Below are positions 55,094 to 64,000 of a stretch of 64,000 bases of DNA, one piece after another. The notes beneath the pieces are model-generated. The model worked only from the letters and a program-made list of their open reading frames with translations. It did not search any database and was not told the origin of the DNA. Source of the stretch: an uncultured Nitrososphaerales archaeon (GTDB lineage: Archaea > Thermoproteota > Nitrososphaeria > Nitrososphaerales > Nitrososphaeraceae). How positions within the stretch are numbered: position 1 is the stretch's first letter; each line of letters begins with the position of its first letter. The DNA is taken from assembly GCA_963695855.1 (NCBI GenBank), contig CAVOHZ010000008.1:224001-288000 (forward strand). Direction: 5' to 3'. The position numbers and the translations under genes were made by a program.

Positions 55094-55134
55094 GTCGGGA
55101 GTAATACCGATAGCGGTGCAAAAATAAGAGTCTA
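55094..55134. repeat. dispersed ~40-bp motif, copy F
   Basis: gtcgggagtaataccgatagcggtgcaaaaataagagtcta. Confidence 0.9.
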
Positions 55135-55969
55135 ATATCCAAGTCCTACTACTATCTTGTATTTAGCTTTTATTATTAATAAAAAATTTGTGTAAAATTA
55201 TCCGAATTTATGATGTTGTTATTTAACTAAATTGTTGAAGTTCCGAAAATGAGTCATTACTGCTACTTAGTCTATCAAAAGTGGCGAGAAACCATTTTCC
55301 AGTTACAAATGAAAAGGCCAATATTTCAGTATGACTATTTCCATTTATATCACCAGTTAATATCTGGTGTACCTAATTTACCAGATTTTCACTTCCATAT
55401 GTATTACCTAGTTTTTCCCATCCAAGACTATTATCACAACACCTTGAATCTACTTGTCCAAAATCAATTGTTGCTCTGCAGCAATCTAACTATTTCATTA
55501 TAATAGGTTATAATAAATGAGCAATTTCTTTATCTGTAATAAGATTATTGTACCATTTCTGTCCTTTGTTTATACCTTGATTCGATTCTATCCAAATTGG
55601 TTATTTTTAAATAAAAGTTAATGGTATGATATATGATTCACTTTTAGTAGCTTCATCAATTATAAAAATTTCTTTTCGGTTAAAATAAATTTACATTTAC
55701 CTGTCCTCGGCATTGTGACATCTCTTCTTTATTTTTAACTTTAAGAATGAAGGAATAAACATTTACTATTACCAAAAAAAGAAATCTTTTAATTAATGAG
55801 ACAGAAATATAAATAAATTATATTATTTCCAATAATAACCTTGAAATTCTCTATAAAGAATATTAATTTGGAAATAATAATTAATACTCCCAATAGTTAA
55901 GTATAAACAAAGATAAACACTAGATTGAAGATCATTTATGCCAAAATTACAAAAGATGAAAAAGAGTTT

Positions 55970-56421
55970 CTAAACTTCCTTGTTTTTGTTTATACCTAAC
56001 ATCATATGAATATCATTCAAAATTATCAAATTGGTATGAATTCGATATTTTCGATATATCCCTATCGTCTTTTTCTATTTTTCTAAGATTGATTTGCATT
56101 ATTTCTGAATCCTCAAACTCCATTAATGGATAATATATGAATTGTCTAGAATCCAGTTCAGATTTTAATTCACCCATATAATCATTATTTAACAGTTCTA
56201 CGAGAATTGTTTTTCTTAGATTATCTGTAGATATAGCCTTGTCTGTATTCTCCTTATAATAAAATGCTAACTCTTTTGTAGTTACTGCAATTATCTTCTC
56301 TTCTTTCCCATCCTTTTCGTCTTTTTTATTTTTAGAGCCTATCAGTGGAAGAAATATCTCCCTATAAAATTTGATTTTGTAGGAGGGAATTCCACTAATG
56401 TTTTGAGTGATATGTAAAACT
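55970..56421 (-). pseudogene. start-less open frame cut by IS6
   Basis: Hand translation VLHITQNISGIPSYKIKFYREIFLPL...IAVTTKELAFYYKE...ISTDNLRKTILVELLNNDYM...RQFIYYP. Confidence 0.65.
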
Positions 56422-57144
56422 GGTGCTGTTAACTTAAGGAAAGAGCTATAGCTGTGAAGGTTCTATTCTAACAATATATGCTGTTAAGATTTGTCAGAAA
56501 TAGAACATCCACATGTATAGTAATGTATTCTTTGTATTTGTACTTTCTTGGTCTCAGTCTACGTAATTCATCCAAAGCATTGGAACTGTTTAAGGACCAA
56601 AAAAGAAGTTATGTTGCTGTTTGGAAATGGATTCAACGATTTGGTTCATTACAGATTTACAAGAGAAAAAGAGTATCAGCATTCATCATAGATGAAACTA
56701 TAATTCAGATTGGTAATCAACATTTCTGGTTGTGGATCTGTATTGAACCTGTTCACAGATCTGTGCTTGGGATCTACATCTCAGAAGAGAGAAACATGTT
56801 TGTAGCAGAGAATTTTATCCGATCTCTTGTATCCAAATATGGTAGACATACAGTATACACAGATGGTGGTACGTGGTATCCACAAGCATGTAACTTTTTA
56901 AATCTGAAACATCGATTACATTCACCCTTAGAGAAAAGTCTGATTGAAAGAATGATGCAGTATTTCAAGGATAGGACAGAATCTTTTGATGATTACTATC
57001 CATGTATCAACAACCAAAAGAAAAATTGTGATCTACAACATGTATACAATTGGATCAAGTTATTCATATATCTGTATAATGCAAAAATCAGAAAGAAATT
57101 TCTATTCGAAATTGGAGGTGAAATAATCTTAAGTTAACAGCACC
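56422..57144 (+). mobile_element. intact IS6-family element
   Basis: Perfect 17-bp TIRs ggtgctgttaacttaag / cttaagttaacagcacc; no TSD. Confidence 0.92.
56478..57137 (+). CDS. IS6-family transposase
   Basis: [23 protein letters not shown]. Confidence 0.92.
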   Translation: MLLRFVRNRTSTCIVMYSLYLYFLGLSLRNSSKALELFKDQKRSYVAVWKWIQRFGSLQIYKRKRVSAFIIDETIIQIGNQHFWLWICIEPVHRSVLGIYISEERNMFVAENFIRSLVSKYGRHTVYTDGGTWYPQACNFLNLKHRLHSPLEKSLIERMMQYFKDRTESFDDYYPCINNQKKNCDLQHVYNWIKLFIYLYNAKIRKKFLFEIGGEIILS

Positions 57145-57480
57145 TCCCTTTATTTTATAGATACTGTTTTTTATTAGCAGCGTCTTTCACAACCCTCTTT
57201 TCCTTCTCTTGTTACATTCTCCAATTTTAAATAAATTCACATGGTGTATGAATTCATTGTACAGAACATATTCTATTCTGGTTATAATCTAACAATGTGT
57301 TCTTATTGTCCGTTCCTTTTCCTGTTGGTTCTGAAAATTACATGACCTTGTTTTTTCTCTATACGTCTTGTGGGACGATCCAATGTATCGGTTTAGTTCT
57401 GATCATGTATTGTAGTAAATATGTTCCTGGTTCAATACGTGTGCATATAAAGATTTTCTAAGCTGTTCATTTTCTTTGAA

Positions 57481-57511
57481 CTGTTGTCCGTTCTTATAAT
57501 TCGGACATCAG
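57481..57511 (-). terminator. hairpin immediately downstream of dnaJ
   Basis: ctgttgtccg-N11-cggacatcag inverted repeat. Confidence 0.4.
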
Positions 57512-57512
57512 A

Positions 57513-58610
57513 TCATCGCCTCTCTGCCGCGAATTCCTTTGATAACGCTTCAATTAATTCTCGTTCCCTTGGATTTAGCTTATCAGGAACTCTTACGTTA
57601 ATGTGGACGAGCTCATCTCCTCGGCCTTGGCCATAGTTTATTCCTTCTCCCCTCAGCCGGAGCATCGTGCCGTTTTGAGTTCCGGGAAACACTTCGATTG
57701 TCCTCTCACTTGTTAGCGTCGGAATTTTTATCCGAGCTCCCAGAGCAGCCTGAGCAAAATTGATATTGGCTTCATATACAAGGTTAAACCCTTTCCTCGT
57801 CAGATATGGATGAGGTTTGATTTCTATCGTCAAGTAAAAGTCTCCAGGAGAGCCACCGTAAGGACCGTCTTCACCCTGTCCTCGCAGGACCAAATGGTCA
57901 CCATTATCAATGCCAGGAGGTACTTTAACTTTGATCCGTGTTCTATTTTCCTCAAGTCCATTACCTCCGCATATCTTGCAAGGCTTCTCGGCTACCTCTC
58001 CTCTGCCATTGCAGCGGCTACATGAAACTATCACCTGCCCAAATCCTGACACGACTTTGTGTTCAATTCTCCCCGATCCCCTGCATTCGGGGCAGATCAT
58101 CGACTTGCTATTTAACTCAACACCTGATCCTTTACACTTACTGCATCTCTTTAGCCTAGGTAGAGTAACTTCAAATTCAGTGCCAAAAGCCGCCTGTTCT
58201 AGCGTGATTACCGTCTTGGCTTCTAGGTCACGGCCATGATGGGACTGTTGTTGTTGATCCTGTTGAAAGGTGAAACCACCTCCTCGGAAGATTCGATTAA
58301 AGAGATCATCTGCATTAAATCCAAACTCTGAAAAGATATCTCGGAATGTTCCTCGGTTGAAGATGTCTTCCTGCTTGTATTGTTGCTTTATCCCTTCAAA
58401 GCCTTGTGCATCATATTGTTTCCTCTTGTCCGGATCTGACAGAATGGCATACGCTTCAGATACTTCCTTGAATCTTTCTTCAGCGTCGGACATCTTATTT
58501 CTATCGGGGTGATATTTGAATGCGAGCTTGCGGAATGCACGCTTGATTTCGTCTTTAGACGCATCCCGTCCAACCCCCAAGACATCATAAAAATCCAGTT
58601 TGTTGGCCAA
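57513..58610 (-). CDS. dnaJ: chaperone DnaJ
   Basis: J-domain HPD, four CxxCxGxG repeats. Confidence 0.96.
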   Translation of the reverse strand: MANKLDFYDVLGVGRDASKDEIKRAFRKLAFKYHPDRNKMSDAEERFKEVSEAYAILSDPDKRKQYDAQGFEGIKQQYKQEDIFNRGTFRDIFSEFGFNADDLFNRIFRGGGFTFQQDQQQQSHHGRDLEAKTVITLEQAAFGTEFEVTLPRLKRCSKCKGSGVELNSKSMICPECRGSGRIEHKVVSGFGQVIVSCSRCNGRGEVAEKPCKICGGNGLEENRTRIKVKVPPGIDNGDHLVLRGQGEDGPYGGSPGDFYLTIEIKPHPYLTRKGFNLVYEANINFAQAALGARIKIPTLTSERTIEVFPGTQNGTMLRLRGEGINYGQGRGDELVHINVRVPDKLNPRERELIEALSKEFAAERR

Positions 58611-58660
58611 ACTAAATCATCAGGAACAAATCAAAACAGAGTAAAAAAGAGAAGAATATG

Positions 58661-60544
58661 CTATTTCTTATCCTCGTCTACGACCCTGTACTCTGCCTCG
58701 ACTGTTTTCTTTCCTTGTTGCTGTTCTTCTTGAGGTGGTGGTGGAGCTTCCTGACTTGCTTTTTCCTGTGCTCTTTGAGATGCTGCCTGTTCGTAGATTG
58801 TCGCTCCTGCCTCTTGCACTACTCTTCTAAGCTCCTCAACCTTGGAGCTGATTTCGGCCAGACCTCCGGTCTTCAGGGAACCTTTTAGCGACTGAATGGC
58901 CTCCTCTAACTTGGCCTTTTGCTCTTGTGTGAGCTTGTCACCGATCTCTCTCAGCGTCTTTTCTGACGTGTAGATCACAGAGTCGGCCGTGTTTCGAATC
59001 TCTGCCTCTTCTTTAGCACGTTTGTCTTGCTCGTTGAATTGTTCTGCCTCTCTTATCATTCGATTCTTCTCAGTTTGACCAAGCTTGGTTGAAGCTGCAA
59101 TCTTGATACCCATCTGCTTGCCGGTTGCCAAGTCTTTAGCTGAAACGTTGAGAACACCATCTGCATTAATGTCAAATGTAACGTCTACCTGAGGGACGCC
59201 TCGAGGTGCAGGCGGAATGCCTGTCAGATCAAATCTTCCCAAGCTGATATCGTCCTTCGCCATAGTGCGTTCACCTTGAAGCACGTGTATTGTGACAGCC
59301 GTTTGAGAGTCAGCAGCAGTCGTGAATGTCTGACTCTGCTTAGTTGGTATCGTCGTGTTCCGCTCGATGATCTTGGTAAAGACGCCACCAAGGGTTTCAA
59401 CCCCCAGGGAAAGAGGTGTTACATCAAGGAGCACTATATCTGTAATCTCCCCTGAAATTACAGCTCCCTGAATGGCAGCACCAATGGCGACGCACTCCAT
59501 TGGGTCGATACTTCTCTCAGGCTTTTTTCCAATTATGTCTTCGATAAATTGTTGAACAAGTGGCATCTTCGTCTGTCCGCCTATAAGGATTATCTTGTCT
59601 ATCTGCACCGGCGTCAACTTTGCGTCTGATAAAGTTTTCAAAACAGGATCCCTAATCCTTTCCACTATGGGTCTAGTTAGTTGTTCTAGTTTGGATCTAG
59701 TTAGAGTCACATGGAGGTTCTTCGGGCCTGTAGCATCAGAGGTAATGTACGGGAGCTCTATGTCTGTGGTAATTAAGGTTGACAACGCTATCTTCGCTTG
59801 TTCGGCTGCCTCTTTCAAGCGAGCTATGGCTTTCATATCACCACTGAGGTCGATTCCAGTTTCTCGCTTGAATTCAGAGATTATATAATCCATCACCGCT
59901 TGGTCCAGGTCCGTTCCCCCTGTTTTCGTGTCTCCACTTGTGGCTAAAACCTCGAAAACGCCTCCCCCAAATTCCATCACCGTGGTATCGTTTGTTCCAC
60001 CACCGAAACTGAAGACCAGAATTTTTAATTCTTGTCCTGCTTTGTCTAGACCATAAGCCAGTGCTGCTGCCGTCGGCTCATTGACAACCCTTGTTATTTT
60101 TAGGCCTGCAATCTCGCCCGCATCTATCGTTGCTTGGCGCTCATTATCATTAAAATGTGCTGGAACAGTGATTACGGCTTTAGTAACCTTCTCACCGAGA
60201 AAGGTTTCAGCATCGCGCAGAATCTTCTGTAGGATGAAACCTGAGATTTGCTGTGGTGTGTACTCTTTGCCAAAGATATTTACCTTATTGTTTGTCCCCA
60301 TCTTGCGCTTTATTTCACGTATCGTACCCTCTGGGTTAACTATGGCTTGTCTTCTTGCTGGCTCACCGACAAGCAGTTGTCCGCCTTTAGTAAGAGCTAC
60401 AACAGAGGGGAACATTTTTCCTGCCGCGGTGGGTCCTTCAGCGCTTGGAATTATGGTCGGTTTTCCCCCGATAGTTACGGCCGCAGCAGAATTTGTAGTT
60501 CCTAGGTCTATGCCTAATACTCTTTCTCTTTTTTCGCTACTCAT
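58661..60544 (-). CDS. dnaK: chaperone DnaK (Hsp70)
   Basis: [46 protein letters not shown]. Confidence 0.97.
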   Translation of the reverse strand: MSSEKRERVLGIDLGTTNSAAAVTIGGKPTIIPSAEGPTAAGKMFPSVVALTKGGQLLVGEPARRQAIVNPEGTIREIKRKMGTNNKVNIFGKEYTPQQISGFILQKILRDAETFLGEKVTKAVITVPAHFNDNERQATIDAGEIAGLKITRVVNEPTAAALAYGLDKAGQELKILVFSFGGGTNDTTVMEFGGGVFEVLATSGDTKTGGTDLDQAVMDYIISEFKRETGIDLSGDMKAIARLKEAAEQAKIALSTLITTDIELPYITSDATGPKNLHVTLTRSKLEQLTRPIVERIRDPVLKTLSDAKLTPVQIDKIILIGGQTKMPLVQQFIEDIIGKKPERSIDPMECVAIGAAIQGAVISGEITDIVLLDVTPLSLGVETLGGVFTKIIERNTTIPTKQSQTFTTAADSQTAVTIHVLQGERTMAKDDISLGRFDLTGIPPAPRGVPQVDVTFDINADGVLNVSAKDLATGKQMGIKIAASTKLGQTEKNRMIREAEQFNEQDKRAKEEAEIRNTADSVIYTSEKTLREIGDKLTQEQKAKLEEAIQSLKGSLKTGGLAEISSKVEELRRVVQEAGATIYEQAASQRAQEKASQEAPPPPQEEQQQGKKTVEAEYRVVDEDKK

Positions 60545-61109
60545 TTAGCCTCCCCCTCCTTGGAACATTAGAGCTCGGAATTGAAGATACTTTTACCATG
60601 CTTGGTTTTAGCAGATTCCCTCTAAAAAGGTAGCCCTTTCTGACCTCCTCTATAACTGTCCCTTCGGGATGATCTGACGTCTCAATTTCCAGTACAGCTT
60701 CATGTAAATGTGGGTCGAAAGGTTTTCCCACAGATTCTATAGGACACAATCCTTCGTTAGTCAGCACATTCCAGAGTTTTCTCCTAACCATTTCTATCGC
60801 CTCTAAGATGTTAGTATTAGCCATTTTTCTAGCCTCTTCTACGGCGAGATCGATTTCTTCTGCGACGAGTAGGATTTGCATGATGAGCCGCTTCTTTTCC
60901 TTTGTCACAGCATCATCGATTCGTCTCTCCGTGTTCTTTTGAAGGTTTTCAAGATCAGCCCTAGCATATTTAAGCTGGGTGAGGTAAGTGTCTTCAAGTT
61001 TGCTCATACGCTTTAGTGAAGCGTCAAGTTCAGAAACTTTTCTGATGTAACTAGCTTCTTTTTCATAGTTTTCATCGTTGGCATCTCCTTCATCGGAATT
61101 CGGACACAT
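60537..61109 (-). CDS. grpE: nucleotide exchange factor GrpE
   Basis: [37 protein letters not shown]. Confidence 0.95.
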   Translation of the reverse strand: MCPNSDEGDANDENYEKEASYIRKVSELDASLKRMSKLEDTYLTQLKYARADLENLQKNTERRIDDAVTKEKKRLIMQILLVAEEIDLAVEEARKMANTNILEAIEMVRRKLWNVLTNEGLCPIESVGKPFDPHLHEAVLEIETSDHPEGTVIEEVRKGYLFRGNLLKPSMVKVSSIPSSNVPRRGRLNE

Positions 61110-62083
61110 TTTGAACCTTATTTTCTGGTTATGTGGGCTCTATATTTTATTTTCTTTCCTAATCCTCTCTGCCTACTCGAATACCACGTATCAAATGTTA
61201 CCATTGATCAGCATAGACATAGAAAAACATCATTTGTAATAAACGAGCCTTAACTTTGTTCAACCAAATCCCAACCTAAAAATAACAGGTCCCTACAAGA
61301 AAGCAGAATTCCTTGCTATGTCTACCAATTCATATAGGATGATGAAAATGACCCTACTTTTAGACACCTTTTTGGCTTTTGAAGAGATACTTCCCTTATC
61401 ATTTAACGATTTCCGCCTTAAACCTGCCTTCCTTCATTTTCAAATCTTGTCTTTGATTCGTTCTAGCCAAGTAAATAGGTTGTATGCTTGCTATCTTATC
61501 TACATATGCAATTATCTAAACTGTATGACTATAATATCAAGTTAATGTCAGAATACGTATATTATGAGTGATTATTTGCCAATTCCACTTAACAGTGGAA
61601 TTTTCGAAGTGTTAAGAGCAGGATATATATTTTCCTTTGGTTTTAAATTGGAGGCTGTGAATATTTGCTCTCAAATATTTTATTGAATCAATATTACTAC
61701 TTTGTCCTGCCAACAGCAACAAAGATTATATTAATAGTATTTTACTTTGTCTATATCGAATTTAAATAAATGCTGAAATAGCAAATTTATAAGGAGAAAT
61801 TAGCAGGGGGCAAGAATTTAGAATTCATAAAAAAAACGGGAATCTAAATATGGTAAAAAAGAAGATAAAACCAAAGCAAGAAAAACAAATTGTTGAGAGG
61901 ATATCTATTTCCACCCTTTGTCTCTGAAACGATGATCGATCATAAATTTTTTATATCATTCTGAATTCATGAATTCAGCAGTTGCTTTTTCTGAATATCA
62001 GATAATTTCAGGATGTAAGACTTGGGCACATGTTAACAGCATTGTAATATTCCATCTAGTTATTCTTGTAAAATGATAATGAT

Positions 62084-63214
62084 TATACCAATTAATATAA
62101 TTATGCTAACATTAATTTAACATAAGGCTCATACACTTTAGACAATAATAGATTTAGCTAAGAAAGGAAGCATACAGTTTATCCATTTGATTGAGACAAT
62201 AATCTTTCTAGGAAAAGATTTGAACAAGTGTATAAACGAGAATCGGATGCAGGTGTAAAGGAAAGAATGTTGCTTGTGTTAAACGTAGTATATGACAAAA
62301 GGATCTCTGCACAGGTGGCAAGAGATCTGCACAGAAGTAGGCCATGGGCTTCTGATTGGTTAATGAGGTACAGGAAAGAAGGTATAGAAGGATTAAAAAA
62401 CAGACCAAAAAGTGGTAGACCTCCAGATATACCAGAAGAGATAGTATACAAGATAAAAACCCAACTATCATCAAGCAAACAAGGATGGACTACAAAACAG
62501 GTTTATGATATCATAATACGAGAAAGTGGTGTACAATATCATCAGATTTACATCTACACATTACTTCGAAGATGGGGATTCAAACAGAAGGTACCAAGAA
62601 AAGTACATGTAAATACTGCATCTAACGAGGAAAAAGAACGTTTTAAAAAAGAGCAAGAAAGATACTGGATAATCTCCAAGAAGGATTCACGGTAGTATCT
62701 ACTGATGAATCATTCTTTTTCTTTGACTCTCTTGTAAGAAGAGTATGGATAAAGAATGATGAACGACCTGTAGTAAGAATTACTGGATCCCATCAGGAGT
62801 CAGTCTTATTTGGTGCCACAAGCCTTGAAGGAAAACAGTTATTCAGACAGTACTACTGGTTTGATGAAGATAGCTTTTTAGACTATCCAAAAAAATACAT
62901 AGAAAGTTTCCAAAATGTTATCTGTTTCTTGATAAGGCAAAACAGCATTACAGATCAAAAAAGGTACTGAGATATTTTGCTGACAATAAAGATAGTTTAA
63001 TTCCAGTATATCTTCCAACAGCATCTCCTGAATTCATGGTACTGGAAGAGATATGGCATATAGCCAAAAACGATCTGCTTGTTCTACAATACTATTCATC
63101 CTTTACCAATTTCAGAAATAAGATATCTAAATATTTTAGAACAAAAAGATTCAATCTGGATATGAGGAACTATCTAGTTGGAGGTGAGTAAGAATATTTA
63201 TCTTAATTGGTATA
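62084..63214 (+). mobile_element. IS630-family element (orfA/orfB; orfB has an extra frameshift)
   Basis: TIRs tataccaattaatataa / ttatcttaattggtata; orfB motifs TDES, LDKA, YLPTASPEFMVLEEIW. Confidence 0.85.
62228..62695 (+). CDS. IS630 transposase OrfA (HTH)
   Basis: EGIEGLKNRPKSGRP, WGFKQKVPRK; A-run frameshift site near 62645. Confidence 0.85.
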   Translation: MYKRESDAGVKERMLLVLNVVYDKRISAQVARDLHRSRPWASDWLMRYRKEGIEGLKNRPKSGRPPDIPEEIVYKIKTQLSSSKQGWTTKQVYDIIIRESGVQYHQIYIYTLLRRWGFKQKVPRKVHVNTASNEEKERFKKEQERYWIISKKDSR

Positions 63215-64000
63215 GTTTGACAAATCAATTTTATAACAACAGCTTTAGCTAACCATCACGTCGTACATATTGTGAGGAATACCTATCTTAGAGAAATAAG
63301 TACAAAGGAAATGGATCACCTTCACTGGTTGCTCGATAACGATCCAGAATCAGGCTATCAAGCCAAAATGATCTTGCTTAGAGATGAAGGATACACAGTA
63401 CCTGAGATACGAAGAATTACAAACCATCATGATAACAACATACGTAAATGGATCCACAGATTCAATGGAAAAGGTATTGATGGTATTATATCTAGAAAAC
63501 ATGTACGTAATGCTCAAAAGATTACAGAGGATATAGAAAACAAGATTGTAGAGATAGCATCTAACGATCCTCGGAGAAAGTACAAACTGAAATTCTCTAC
63601 ATGGTCATTACGTGTACTTGCAGGATACATAATGAAAGAAAAGAAGTTGGTAGAGAGTATCAGTCATACTGAAGTAAAGAATGTGCTGGTAAAACATGGT
63701 ATTGAATGGAGGAATTCAAAGACAGTAATGGGTAAAAGCAGAGACCCTGAGTATGAATTGAAAAAAAGAGAATTGAAGAACTAAGGTACAGTACACCTTC
63801 TGATTCCATCTTGCTATATGAGGATGAGAAAGGTTCTATTGCAGCAAAGACATATGGCGGTCCATCATGGTGTTCCACACAAGCCAAGGTAGAAAAGGCA
63901 CAGAAGATAAAAGGTATTCTGAATGTATTTGGTATCTATGATCATACCAACGATACAATGTTTACTCACTGTTATAAAACTAAGACCAGTGACCAGTTTA
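63213..64000 (+). mobile_element. second IS630-family element, runs off the window
   Basis: Starts at the TATA shared with the previous IS; slippery aaaaaaag at ~63761 leads into an LYEDEKG frame. Confidence 0.8.
63272..63784 (+). CDS. IS630 transposase OrfA (HTH)
   Basis: IRKWIHRFN, FSTWSLRVLA, ISHTEV, SRDPEYELKK. Confidence 0.85.
   Translation: MRNTYLREISTKEMDHLHWLLDNDPESGYQAKMILLRDEGYTVPEIRRITNHHDNNIRKWIHRFNGKGIDGIISRKHVRNAQKITEDIENKIVEIASNDPRRKYKLKFSTWSLRVLAGYIMKEKKLVESISHTEVKNVLVKHGIEWRNSKTVMGKSRDPEYELKKRELKN

Noticed and set aside
55249-55503. 84-aa plus-strand ORF
   Set aside because: The opposite strand has the more protein-like FG-GAP-type signal
57810-60548. Overlapping alternative ORFs within dnaJ/dnaK
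   Set aside because: Expected shadow ORFs in GC-richer coding DNA
61581-61602. Inverted repeat aattccact-taac-agtggaatt as a heat-shock operator
   Set aside because: About 470 bp from grpE and unlike CIRCE; no support

Overview
AT-rich archaeal DNA whose gene content points to an ammonia-oxidising archaeon of the Nitrososphaeraceae (inference from protein families and gene order). About 4.5-25.9 kb is core-like: an ebo-like trio (UbiA prenyltransferase, alkaline-phosphatase-family protein, TIM-barrel isomerase), the LysW-dependent Arg/Lys cluster with two lysW genes missed by the ORF track, dph5, nadK, nob1, tRNA-Ile(GAT) and tRNA-Gly(CCC). After tRNA-Gly the window is a decayed accessory region with signalling genes, many IS6/IS5/IS630 copies and remnants, and a visibly GC-richer grpE-dnaK-dnaJ operon. 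Best leads: (1) six co-oriented copies of an unannotated ~40-bp intergenic motif with a hairpin and a TATA-like box, linked to tRNA-3'-end-like fragments and sitting at the borders of gene modules; (2) an orphan 4-repeat CRISPR-like mini-array; (3) a LysW ending in EDWGQ instead of EDWGE; (4) a foreign-looking DnaK with SFGGGT in place of DLGGGT. All calls are by eye; no searches were run.
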